Shown here: positions 35,621 to 48,603 of the stretch, piece by piece
Position numbering within the stretch: the first letter of the stretch is position 1
Layout: every line of letters starts with the position of its first letter
Source: Nemertoderma westbladi
Lineage: Eukaryota; Animalia; Xenacoelomorpha
Reading direction: 5' to 3'
Assembly (NCBI GenBank): GCA_032718475.1
Contig: JAUCBJ010000630.1
Span: 1-64,000 of the forward strand
DNA: 64,000 bases
Notes under the pieces: model-generated
Databases searched by the model: none
The model's input: the letters and a program-made list of their open reading frames with translations, nothing else
Told to the model about the DNA's origin: nothing
Made by a program: the position numbers and the translations under genes

Positions 35621-38119
35621 GAGTAGGACCATCTGATGCTGGCGGCCAGAGTCTTGACCAGCGGCAATATGGAAACCTGTCACAGCCATGTCCGCCGACT
35701 ACTACCCGTAACAGCGTCTCCTACTTAGATCCCAATGTTCCGGGGTCTAGCCAGACTCAGTTTTACAACCCTGTTGCCTTGCAGGCTGCTTTCATTATCC
35801 AAACCCGCCAAATCCGGCTTTGCCGCTTTCCTATTCGGCTACGCTTCAAAGTCAAAGACCTCATTCTTCAGGGGTACCGGTATCGAGTTACAGAAGTTTA
35901 CAAAATAATTCGGCTGCTTCCACAGGTGCGGCCGCTGCGATGACCTCTGACGATGGTATGACCCTTGTGGGTCGACGACGACGTCCGATAAACCCCGTTC
36001 CCAGCTCGGTGACAGGAACACGGACCGGACAACTTCGGCAACGCAAGCGACCACCTCCTGTATTCGGCAAGAATAATTCTGCAACCTTGAAGGGAGTAAC
36101 TCGTTCTATTAAACTCTATGTCTCGAGAATCACACCTGGGCCTGAGGAGAGCCAAGTGGTGAGCTTTATTAAAGACAACTTCGATGTTACAGTAACCTTG
36201 CTCTAAGGTTCAGACAAACATTGATGCGTTCGATTCTTTCCAGATATCTTGCTCTAATGACGCTGCAATGACGCTTAAGTCAACTGAGTCGGCGAGTAAA
36301 TGGCCTGAGGGTGCTTTAATCAGAGACTGGTTCGAGCCGCGTGTTCGCAAGGAAGGTCGCAGTGCAGCAAGTGCTGCCCGCTGTTACTAGGATCCATAGT
36401 GGGGGTTGGGGGGTGCTTTTTTGCCGAGTCAGCTCTCGGGGCAAATACCACACCCTGGTTTGCCATTCCACAGGGTGGGTGTCGCAATGGAGTCAGATAT
36501 GAGGCCCATCACCCATATCTACTCTGGCGTACATGACCCACCATTGGCTGTTGCAGCTCATCTGCTGGGTCATGCCCTGTACCCTTGCTGCCAGGTGCAG
36601 GTCGCAGTGAAGTGCCCTCAGAGTGGACATGAGAACACTCTACTCCTAACCAGCCATTGGTAGATCACCATCTGCCTGGTCAGGCCATATACCCCTGCAG
36701 CCAAGTATATGGGTCCTTAATCCAGGACCAAGGGCGTCCTTATCCCAGAACGAAGGGGGTCCTAGTTACAGGACCAGATTTGCCCTAGTAAGTGGGTCTA
36801 TGCAGCGACAGGTGGCACCTCCTTTATGCTGCATGGAGGTGGCAAGTTTTCTTGATCAATGACCTAGAATACGGTCTCCCAGGCTCAAGTTTAAGATCAA
36901 TGTCAGCATTACAGTGTCTATTTACATTCCTTTTTTTTATATAAATAATAGTGCTCTTATTTCCGTAACTTATTTGATCCATATTTTTATTCATTTCTTT
37001 TAAATATTTTTTTACAATCAAAATGGCGAATAAACTTAAAATTGCTTCATATAATTGTAACTCTGTACGGTGCGCAGATCTGATCTTACATAGGAAACTA
37101 TGCTTTCTAAACAGGATTTGTCGTTTTTAAATACCCTGCATCCTGATTTTTTAGCGAGGGGCTCCAGCCCAGTCGACTATTCAGATGGCTTATTAATCGG
37201 GCGTCCTCACGGTGGCCTGGCCTTTCTGTATAGGAAATCGATCGCTCACCGTATTGATATTATAGATTACGATAACGCAAGAGTCTTAGGTGCTAAATAG
37301 CGGACAAAGTCTTTTGCTATTAAATATTTACTTGCCTTTTGAGTGCCCAGAAAATATTGATTTATTTTCCGAATGTTTAGGTACGATTAAATCTATTGTA
37401 CATACTGATGTTTTCAATCATGTAATAATAATGGGTGACTTTAACTCTAATCCTAAAAAAGTATTTTTTAACGAAGTTAAAGAATCGTGTAATTTAATTA
37501 TTACTGATGTTGAGACTTTACCTGATAATACTTTCACTTATATTAGCGACGCTCATTTAACAACGTCTCGGTTAGACCATATTATTTGTGCAAAAGTTAC
37601 TCATGATGTTATTGATAATATTTCAGTAAATTATGATCTGACGTTTAGGGATCATTTACCGGTAAATATTACTTTAAATCTTCCAGTTGATTTATCCAGT
37701 GCTTGCGAGGGGACACTGGATCCCACCAATTGTGCTCCTAATGTAAGCGCTGATAAATTAACTTGGGACCATGAAAATAGCAATATTGCGGGATATGCTG
37801 ATCATGTGAATTGTATTCGAAGTGAAAATTGTTTTTCTAATAGTCTACGGGATTGTAGAGATCCGAACTGTACACAGCATATTACCGAAATTAATATAAT
37901 AATGTAACTAACATTTTATTATCTAGCAGTAAACACTTTATTAAAACCTCCAACAACTACGGTAAATGTACAAATAATTATAAACATATTCCAGGATGGA
38001 ATGAACACGTTCACGAGAAACATCAGGCCGCCAGAAACTGTTTTAAATTATGGCGCAATATTGGGTCCCCTAAGCAGGGGAATATCTATTATGAATACTT
38101 GCGTACTAAAGTTGTAATA

Positions 38120-40671
38120 AATGCGTACTAAATGTTTTTAATATAATTAAATTAATTTTCAAACAAGTATAACGATACTGAATTAATTTTATTGAATTCT
38201 ACTGAGCCATTACAAGGCATTTTAAATCGTCTGTAAAATATTGGGAAAAGTTCCATAGTCCATTGAGTTCTTCCACACCATTACTTGCAAATTCTTTTCA
38301 CGTTCTCTGAGAAGGAGTCAGTGGTTGGTGGTATTGTTTGCAGCTTTGCACAGCTGGTAATTGTTTTTCTGTGCACACCTTTTGTCGTGACTGGATCATG
38401 TTGTCTGAGTCATATCCATAGCAGTCACGCCAGTCAGTTATAAAGTTAGTACATTCAATTAAGACTGTAGATTGCGGTGCTTCCATATCTCCCAAACAAG
38501 TAAGAGTGAGTCCTTTATCCAAAGCCTTGATGACTTTCGCTTTGCCAATCCCAAACATACTCGCAACCGTTTCACACCCAGATAATGCATGGCCTCCCAA
38601 AAGATTTCCTATGATACCACGATGCATTTTTACTGTACCGCCCACGTCTAATACTGCGGTACGGTTTTTTAATGGGGATTTTATGAAAATTGAATTGGTT
38701 ATACCTGTACTTTCACTCAGATAAAAATGTAATAATAGAACAAATATAGAATATTTATCTGCGAAAATGCGCATAGCGCGCATGTTCTGTGGAAACTTTT
38801 TCCCAGATAACATCTTCGAAACACCGCCAAAATACACACGATACACTTCAGAGAGGCCGGTTTTAACCATTAAACTTCCTATGGATCCAATGAAACTCAT
38901 TAATGTATGCATCCCCCCTAATGTAAGTCCACCGTACTGAACAGGAAAATACCAAATTACATAGTGACATCTTTGAGGAACTCATGGGCAATACATTTAG
39001 CTCGATGTACAGTAGACCAATAGCAGACCCCGCCGAAACTTTTAATGGCAAGGCATTAAACCGGGTTTGAAATACCAGTATAACTCTTGATATCTATGTC
39101 ATAATCTAGTTCTTTTGACATTTCCTTTTTGGTCAATCTCAGTATAGAATGACCGCTTCATCCACATGTGATTAAGGTAGGTCCAATATTCCTGTTTGGT
39201 TGGGTTATTAGCATAGCTAGTGAATGCGTGGATTTCTTACATTTCATGGAACTTAAATTCGTTTATACAGTAGTTTGCTTGTCATTACCTAGGTAGACTC
39301 CGAGGGCAACCTGTAAGGGAGTCGGATGACTCTAGTCCCGACCCGCTAACTAGTACCGGCCCGCTAATCACATTTTATCTATTGACTTTTAAATATGATC
39401 AAGTTTTGAGATTTTACTGGCTATTTTTTTTACCAGATACAATAGTTACTGTTTTTTCCAGGTGGCACCCATTATATCTTATGAATGTTCGAACTAGTCA
39501 TTTTATAATTTTTTACAGTAATTGCTAGGTTTCCTAATTCGATTAGCTGTCATCAACTGTTATATTTCTAGAGAACTACGCAACCATACAGTACCATTTT
39601 AATTATTAAAAAAACATTTAAAAAAACATTAAAAAAACATACCGATGACAATTAAATGAACAATTCGACTCACGTATAAGAAACTACAACTATGTCAATT
39701 TTCTAGAACAAGCTAATGACATTTTCATGTCAATGAAAAAAAATTCCATATAAGAAACTACGAGTATATCAATTTTCTATAGAACAAGTCCCATTTAAAT
39801 GCAGAGACCTGGAAACTCACTAGCTATTCCATGCAGAAAACACTAAATGTGATGCCTAACTCATTGATAAATCATAGGCCTAACTAATAATAATAACTAA
39901 TGATCATCAATAGTTATGGATTCCAAACCCAATTCTCCATATCGAAATGGTCACCCAAGAAAAAGTACTGTAGTACCCAACACAAAATTTGGAATATTAT
40001 AAATATTATTACATATATCGTACGTTGGAACGCAGGAACATACTATACTGTACAGTAGAATCCATTCTAATCTACTTTGCTAAGGTACTTATGCACTTTA
40101 TCTGTACTATCCCTTACGGTATCGATTTATGAATACGGGTACAATAAAATAAGATGCACAATACAGTAGAAAGGAGCTAAACTGGAAATAACAAATAATA
40201 TAGTTACCGTAGAAACATCACCTAAATGTTATAATCGCTGAAATTTGTTGTCTTTAATAATTATGTTAACACTCAAACATGTCAGGTTAGGAAATAAATA
40301 TCAGCACAATTTAGATTATTAACCTTGTCTAAAGTTACAGAAAGGCCACGCTAATAAAATAAACATAATTTAACTAACTTTGGTGCATATTTTGTAACTA
40401 ATTGTATAATTAAAGGCGTTTGAAATCGCAACACTAAACTTGAATGCCGTCTCCATAGCAACAGGATCTAAAAATCAGACAAAAAATATTGTCATTATTT
40501 CGTAAATGAACTATATTGACTTTGTAGAAGATTTCAATCCATTATGACATGCTGTTCGCAGTTGCTATGCTTTAAATGAAAATTACGTGGTCCTTAGCAA
40601 CTAGGTCGTTATTTCAAAATGCCCAAAGTCAAAAATGTTATAATCGCCATTTCCTCATTAAGTGGGACCTA
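38120..40671 (-). mobile_element. Internally deleted Academ-like DNA transposon
   Basis: Minus-strand GGMHTLMSFIGSIGSLM..KMLSGKKFPQNMRA and XPG-like HALSGCETVASMFGIGK; terminus TAGGTCCCACTTAATGAGG at 40671 fits Academ TAG ends; other end not found. Confidence 0.65.
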
Positions 40672-42198
40672 TAGAACTCAAAACATCAAAAAAATTTAAT
40701 CCGTCCAAAAATTTTCGGTATACCTTTGTGGCTGCCGGACTAAAACCTCCATTACCGAATAAAGTAGGTAGTGCAGTTGGGTCGAAATATATTGGTGAGA
40801 TGTGGAAATCGCATTTCCAGAACATTTTAAATTGTGTTAACGATGATTCTGAAATGCCTAATGTGCAGTTTAAATTAGGAAATATAAATAGTTCATTTAT
40901 CAAAGAGTATAAACCTGTGACCGACCAGTAATGAAGTATTTGATGTTCTACATAAGTTAGATACAGATAAAGCCATCGGTCCAGATGGATTATCTAGTGA
41001 ACATTTTATCTTTGGATGTGGTGTCAATTTTTATTTAACTCTATTTTTGTTCATGGTTATTTGCCGAAACTCATGATTGACTCATTTATTATACCTATAG
41101 TAAAGGACAGGACAGAAGATACCACTAGTAAAGACAATTATAGGGGCATTGCAATTGCAACATGTTTTAGTAAATTAATTGAACTCATAATACTTGGCCG
41201 ATGCTTAGACTGTCTAGATACAACTCATAACCAATTCGGCTTTAAACCGAAATCGGGAACCGAGTTATATGTCTTCACACTCAAAGAAATTATAAGCTAT
41301 TATCTTAGTAAAAACTCGAATTTATATATATATGTATGTTAGATGCATCAAAAGCTTTTGATCGGTTAAATCACCGGATTTTGTTACGCAAACTAATTGA
41401 TCGTGGTGTGCCATTATATAGTACGGATTATTAAATATTTTTATAGGAAACAAGCAATGCGAATTAATTGGGACAGTGTATTATTTCTTCTGAATTCAAA
41501 GTAACTAATGGAACAAAACAGGGCGGAATTTTATCTCCTATTTTCTACAATATTTATGTAAATGAAAGAAGTGTTATGCTTACTGATTCAGATGTTGGTT
41601 GCTTATTTGGTGATGTTAGGGTTAACCATGTATTATATGCTGATGATTTGTGTCTAATATCTAATTCTATTCATGGTCTCCAAAAATTAATTGATGTTGC
41701 CGTTCTTTTTGCTAAATTACATTCAAGTACTGATGATGATCTCGATATTAGGCGACAGACTCAACTTTTATTTGCTAGGGCAAATACTTTAATTCGAAAA
41801 TTCAGCTGTGCGTCACTTTCAGTTAAGGTTATTCTGTTTAGGGCCTTTTGTACTCAGATATATGGTAATGCATTATGGTGTAAAAATAATTTTTCAGTAA
41901 CTATACATAATAAATTAAGAGTAGCGTACAATAATTGCATTCGTTTACTATTTAAACTTCCTCGGCTTAACAGTGAGGGTGACCCTACAAGTATTTCATT
42001 TGAATGCGGTAAATTAAATTTACCAATGTTTGTACACATACGATATAGATCTGTATCTAGTTTGATCTCGAGGATTAGTAAGTCCGACAACATTATCTTA
42101 CGTGTTGTGTATAAAATGTGTAACTTTTGCGGATGCTCTAGAGTCATTTGATTACATTAATTTAAATACATTATTTCGTGCCGTACCGTACTTTACAT

Positions 42199-44043
42199 TA
42201 GGGATGTCCCGGAATTCCGTTCCGGCCGGAATTCCTGCGGTTTTTGCCCGATTCCGGTTCCGGCCGGAATTGCCGGAATGGGGTCAATTCCGGCCGGAAT
42301 TTTACCGGAATTACCAGGTTCCTAACTAGTTTGATAGTTGTAATTAGTTTGTTAAATTATTATCAACATTTATATATTTTTTAAACATTATTACCAATTA
42401 GTTTAAAATACTTTTCAACACTTGTAAAAAAGTATAGAAATGAAGTTTTCTTCGACCGATAGAGCTAACATTTAAGGATGCAAGGCATAGATGCCCCATT
42501 GGTAGTCCCTTCAAGCTTCAAACCATTCGTGCTAAATCGAAAACTGCATTGGCCCACATGGTGGGATCGAACCCACGACCTCCAGATAGATTGGAAATCA
42601 ATGCAACACCAAGGTGGAATCTAACTAACCTATAACGAGGAAAAATTCACAGCCACCCTGTTTAGTTTATTAAAGTGAATGCAGTCTTGATGGATATATG
42701 TAACACATTTCAAAAGTATTCACCTGGTAATGAAACTAAAATGGTCCCACCATATGTTGCACCACCTACTCTAGTATTCATATACAATTCACAATAACCA
42801 TCGTAATTTACATTAACTAATGAAATGCATCAATAGACCCGTGCCCCACTGGTCAGAATGTCAAAATGAATGCCTCCTTGCTCCATTGGTAACACAAGTC
42901 TTAAGTCATTTGATAAAAAATATAAGATGCATCTCACATTTACTGCATATTATTATACCCAAAGTAACCAATCACAGGCCTCTTGCCGGATATAACACAT
43001 GAGTCATATGTCAAAAGATGGAACATGGGTCATAATCACAGTCGTAACTTACGATTTACCAGTGGAGACTCCCCCATTGAAACCAATGTGTTCCATAATT
43101 TATTCTGACTAAGACAACATAAGACTTAACAGTGGAGCACGGGCCCTAATTAGTGGTTTTTCCAATTTGCTTATTACAATCTGCTTATAAAATGACGTTT
43201 TTTAGATTGATCTTACAATATTTTACATTGATTTTATATTATTTTACTTCGAATTAATTATTAAATAATATGATATTATTATGATTGGTATTGTCATTGT
43301 CCAACGTATCATTTAGGATGACCCCTAAAGATTGACAGCTTATTTCCATGGGGATCCTTTATGTTACTTGGTTACAAATACAATATTACACAATTACAAT
43401 TACTACTCTAACTTAAAACTAATATAAAACGTTATTACAATACGTACAGGTCCTGCGAGTGGTCGTTAGTTCAGTCCTGCGTCGCAGGTGCTGCATAATA
43501 TATATAGTAGTTTAATTTCTATTTACGGCAAAGCCATTTCTTATCATAAATCTATTTATTCCCAGCAATAATTAAACTGTAACATGTACTATTTATTGGC
43601 CTCGTTTATTGTTTTGGTTCGAATAACATGTCACTGTAACATGTTCCTTTCCCTTAAAGACACCAGGATATTGCACCAAAGGATCTAATGACGCGAAACT
43701 AATGACGGTTTTTAGGTATGAGTGTAAATGCAAAAAACCTAACTTTTGGCCAAAGATATAGATTTTAGAAAAAAAGTATATTGAATTCCCTGTCGTTCAA
43801 TGCCGAAGTACCATCCCGTCCCCATAAAAGCCCAGGCCAATCTCCACTCCACCCAACTCAATTCCCACCAAGGTTCTGTCTGATTCCTCTCATTATCAAA
43901 CTTAGCTGTAGAAATTAAAAAAAAACATTTGTTTCACAAAAAATTATAAAGTTTCATGGGTCATTTAGTGTATTCCGGAATATTCCGGCATGTTGAATTC
44001 CGGTTCCGGCCGGAATCAAAATATCGATTCCGGGACATCCCTA
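42199..44043. mobile_element. Non-autonomous hAT element
   Basis: TIR TAGGGATGTCCCGGAAT / ATTCCGGGACATCCCTA; exact 8-bp TSD CTTTACAT; subterminal TTCCGG repeats. Confidence 0.92.
42445..42590 (-). mobile_element. tRNA-derived SINE, partial; same family as 61410-61697
   Basis: Minus strand GGTCGTGGGTTCGATCC..GGGCCA..GCAGTTTTCG..TGCCTTGCATCCTTAA. Confidence 0.7.
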
Positions 44044-44444
44044 CTTTACATATTCTATTTATATTAACTTTGTGCTTTATTTGTATCTATTTTACTATGT
44101 TCCTTTTGAATGAATTAAATAATAATAATAATATTAATTTTTAATTAGGAAGCATCTTATTTTTGGCCATAACTCCGGAGTTTTTTTATCGTAATGAGCT
44201 GATTTTGGGCTCATTCTCTTCGGAATATAACGGTTTTATTCAAATTCACTTCGAATTTTACGATTTTATGATGTTTTCTTATATAAAAACGCTGTGAAAA
44301 AAATACATATTTTTAAAAATATGTTTCAACATTAGAGATTTTGCACTCTAATAGAGCAATAATTGCTGGTTTCAAAAATATATAGGGTTAGAGCTTTTTA
44401 TTGCGTCATTATGGTAATTAAGAATGATTAAATTAAGAAAAATT

Positions 44445-44876
44445 AAGAATTCCTCACACCTACTCAAGTGATGGGGCCCTTCGCACAATGTTACTTACCT
44501 TGGTTTGTACGGTGTTTTCTACGTGAGTTCTTTCTTCGGGCTTCCTACAGTACCAGGAATTCTCTTGGGAGACGTAGGAGGAGTTCTAAATTGTTCTCCC
44601 TTGTTACTAGGTCTAACTTTAGGTTTTCCTTCGGTGCCCTTGCCGCTGTCTTCATCATAAGACGTTTGACTCTCATACTCAGTATAACATACTGGTGTTA
44701 TCTTTCTTCTAGTAACGGGTTTCTTACCTTGGTTTCTGGAGTCTTCTCTCTAGACTGTTTTATTAGCTGTAATCTTACTTCTCCGTTTAAGAACGACATA
44801 AGGTCCGCCATGGTTGGATCTTTCTGATGTTGGTCCATAAAGTATAGAACCTTTTAACTGACCCCCTTTGGTAGCC
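44445..44876 (-). pseudogene. Fragment of a related BEL/Pao gag
   Basis: Reverse complement encodes DPTMADLMSFLNGEVRLQLIKQSREKTPE, homologous to 10245-10750 with several internal deletions. Confidence 0.8.
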
Positions 44877-46159
44877 TGAGAAATTAGCGATTGGAAATGC
44901 AGAAATGCTCTATTGTTTAAAAAAGAGAACATTATTCTAAGATTCTCTATTTTATTTTGAAAATTAAAAATATAGAACGTTATAATATATTTTAATTGAA
45001 TATATTTTATGTTTGAGAACATTTTCACAAATGAAATTAGCAAAAACTTGGTAGTATAAAATTTGGTGTGTACCACCCCCCACCCCCCGATTCAGTTTCT
45101 AACCAATTTGAAACGTTGAAATAATGTTACCCACCAATTTGTAACGTTCAAATAATGTAATTTAAATTTATTCTGAACATCTTGATTTTCAAACAATCAA
45201 TAACACTATAAGAAACATTAGAAAACTATGTTCTGTAATGTTACATAAATTTTAATATAATTATTTTGATTCTATTGACGTTGTTGAAACTAAATAAATA
45301 TTGATATTTTTGAAACAAATGATTAAATATTTAGGCCTATTAGAATATAATTCAATATCCTTTCACATCCCAAAGAACGAATAATGAGTTAGTATTTTAT
45401 GATGTGTGGTGTCTTGAAATATTCAACACAAAAACACCTAATCATGATCTTTCAAGGTTTACAGATACCATCACTTCAAACTCCTAACTTTGCTAATATT
45501 ACTATTGTTATTGGTGTTTTTAGTAAGTTAGCACTTTAGAACACTTGAGCCAATGTTTCAATGTTTATTTTTACCTTTCAAATAATAATTCAAAATAACA
45601 ATAACTCAGTATAAAATAGAAATTAACATGAATACATACTATATATGGTAAGTTCTATATAAATGGGTACTGGAGAACAGCCAAATAGCAGGGCTAGTAA
45701 ACGGCTGCCCACCAGGAGAATGGGATTATATAAAATGTAAATATATGTAACATTTGATAGAATGGATGTAATAAGTAGTGGTTTGAAGTAATATTATACT
45801 GTAGGGTGTTGCAGATGCAGAATAGAGAGGTGAAGAAGAAGATGGCATATAGATAGATAGATAATGTAGGTAAGGTAGAGTAGAAAGTAGATAGATAAGA
45901 ATAGGAAGGATAGGGACTATGTATTAGGAGTGCTAATTTAGCGATAGATTTATGGTAATTAGTAGGGGTAGACTGCGATTTTTTAACATTTTTTGTTTAT
46001 ACTGTAGGTCTATATATATAATTGTATTTAGTACTGTAATACATAAATTTAATTTGGCGAATGACAACGAGTTATTTTAATAGATGGAGATTTAAACAGC
46101 AAATATTTTAGTAGACGAATTTGTAATATAATTAAATTAAATTAAAGGGTTAAAGTTTA

Positions 46160-46575
46160 AAACATGGCCCCGTGCCTGGGTATTGTTCATGTAACCTCAA
46201 AGAGAGGAAAACGTGGCCCCGCGCCCGGGTATTATACATGTAACCTCAAAGAGAGAAAAAAAGAAAACGTGGCCCCGCGCCCGGGTATTATACATGTAAC
46301 CTCAAAGAGAGAAAAAAAGAAAACGTGGCCCCGCGCCCGGGTAATATTCTTGTAACCTCAAAGAGAGGAAAACGTGGCCCCGCGCCCGGGTAATGTTCAT
46401 GTAACCTCAGAGAGGAAAACGTGGCCCCGCGCCCGGGTAATATACATGTAACCTCAAAGAGAGGAAAACATGGCCCCGTGCCCGGGTATTGTTCATGTAA
46501 CCTCAAAGAGAGGAAAACGTGGCCCCGCGCCCGGGTAATATTCTTGTAACCTCAAAGAGAGGAAAACGTGGCCCT
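46160..46575. repeat. ~49-bp minisatellite, ~8 copies
   Basis: AAAACGTGGCCCCGCGCCCGGGTA(A/T)T...TGTAACCTCAAAGAGAGG. Confidence 0.9.
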
Positions 46576-47619
46576 CTTGTGGCCCTCTTGCGGGTGATGC
46601 AAAATTGGTGTTGCTAAATGTTGCTAAAGTCTGTTACTGAGTTAGCACATTTGGTACTTTCAGAAATCACGGGTATGGTGTCACTTTACCAAGGAAATCC
46701 CGCGTTAGCACTTACAGACATGTGGTGCATGTACATCAGACATTTATTGTTAATGTAACCATGGAAACCTAGTTAATTTGTTGTAGCAGACAGACAACTG
46801 TGGTTGTAAATTCTTATTTATTAAATATTTATTTATTATCGTACAGTAATAATCATATTAATATATATTAATTCAAAATATAAGTTTTTATTTTGTTTTC
46901 TTATCGCGTTATTTTGATAACTTGGCTTAGATTATTTATAGCCACACTGCCACAGTACAATTTACAAACTGGACGGTAGTGTATCTCTACTGTATGTTCA
47001 TTGTTCAACCTAAAAGACCGATCAATAATTCTGTCGTTTGTCTGTTGCTATGGAAACTTTCCACCATATTTAACCATTCAAAGGAAATTTGTTTCTTTAA
47101 CACTAATCCAATAATTATTCCTGAAAAACTACGATTTGGATGCTTTTGGGACGTAATTATTGCAATGCCTCTAAACAAAAACTTATAATCCCTTATAATT
47201 TTGTAAACAGCAATTATGACTCTATTTGAGTGAGAAATCTCCAGTGTTGAAACATAATTTTGAAAAATATGTATTTTTTCACAGCGTTTTTTAATGAGAA
47301 AACATAATAAAATCGTAAAATTCGAAGTGGAATTTAATAAAACCGTTATATTTCGAACAGAATGACCCCAAAATCACCTCCGTACGATCAAAACTCGCGA
47401 AGTTATGGCCAAAAATAAGCTGCTGCCTAATTTAAAAAAATGGACTTTAGTTCAACTCGTTGTCGATGTCCCCATGAAGCCGGAATTTTCGACTTTGCTT
47501 ATAAATTTTTTATTAGCGTTTTAAAAAAGTGTTTTCTTTGCAAATTACACATATCTTATCGTCGTCATTCTTCACATTAACCTCAGTTTGTACATATCAA
47601 TAGAAAGCTTGCTTTGCAA

Positions 47620-47975
47620 GGATTCCAAATATGTAACAATATCTGAATTTTGTTGAGAAACAGCTGATATATACTGTAGTCGTTCAAAGATTGCAAGAGG
47701 TACCGGTATCGTTCGCTGAAGGTCATTTATTCTATTTAATAAATACACAATGTTCTGGAATGTTAATGTATGAATTAATAGCTATGCGATAGAGATATTG
47801 GATAGGAATACCGCTAATTGCCCACCAACTCATAAAATTAATAACTCGTTCTTGAATTTTGGGTGTTTATTAAATAGAATATGGCCTCTAGCGAACGATA
47901 ATTCTTGCCATCTTTGAACGAATAAATCTCAGCTGTCTTAACGAAACTCAGACATTATTAAATATTTAAAATCCG
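47620..47975. mobile_element. Fold-back MITE
   Basis: 47620-47750 is inverted relative to 47860-47975. Confidence 0.7.
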
Positions 47976-48124
47976 CCCAGCATAAGTCCTCCTGCTGTGT
48001 GCTCTAGAAGATAACTCGCCATTGAATTAATGTAGCGACCTGCCAATCAGATGGCTTGGCCAAATGTGTTCACATGTGATAACATTTGATGAAATCTGCT
48101 TTTTCTGGTGGCCTGTACTGTAAT

Positions 48125-48603
48125 GCACAAAAGCTAAGCCAACAAAACAAAAGTTAATAAGTCTATAAGAAAATATATGACATTTTTGTCGCCTAAAAAC
48201 CGGTAGAACTACATGTAGTGCACAAATAATTAATTTGTGAAAAAAATATGGTTGCGTTTCGGTGTCCTGGACCAGTACGCGCTAATCCTCGACACCTCGT
48301 CAGCTGGACAGGGAATTAGCCAACCTATCTATATTGCACCAATGACCTAATATAATCGCACCATCAACTCTGTTTGTTACCACCTAGCCCAAACAGACGT
48401 CAGACCTCAGAACAAGTTTAGTAAATCAATCAAATCTGTCCAGCTGATGGTGGTGTCGAGGATTAGCGCGTACTGGTCTAAGACATCGAAACGCAACCAG
48501 ATTTTTCACAAATTAATTATTTTTGCCTAGTCCTACCTGTTTTGCGGTGACAACAATGTCATATACATATTATCTTATAGAATATAGGCTTAGCTTTCGT
48601 GCA
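48125..48603. mobile_element. Fold-back MITE
   Basis: 48125-48311 is inverted relative to 48436-48603 (e.g. GACCAGTACGCGCTAATCCTCGACACC). Confidence 0.75.

Larger units (their letters stand above)
33720..44132 (+). mobile_element. Near full-length decayed two-ORF LINE (RTEX/L2-CR1-like) interrupted by a solo LTR, an Academ remnant and a hAT element
   Basis: ORF1 pieces (KFVVENFSKLPP; KLYVSRITP..WPEGALIRDW); ORF2 from ATG 37023 with endonuclease motifs (IASYNCNS, GRPHGG, MGDFNS, LDHI, DHLPV) and RT at 40672-42151 (NYRGIA, QFGFK, GTKQGGILSP, LYADD); (TAA)n tail ~44117-44131; 5' boundary approximate. Confidence 0.8.
44138..47440. repeat. Diverged ~290-bp inverted repeats (44138-44420 / 47150-47440), probably arms of an old DNA transposon
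   Basis: CTTATTTTTGGCCATAACT..CGCTGTGAAAA matches in reverse complement. Confidence 0.65.

Noticed and set aside
46160-46575. 49-bp array as a splice-junction array
   Set aside because: No adjacent exon, and the core is shared with 1689-1770, pointing to a dispersed repeat
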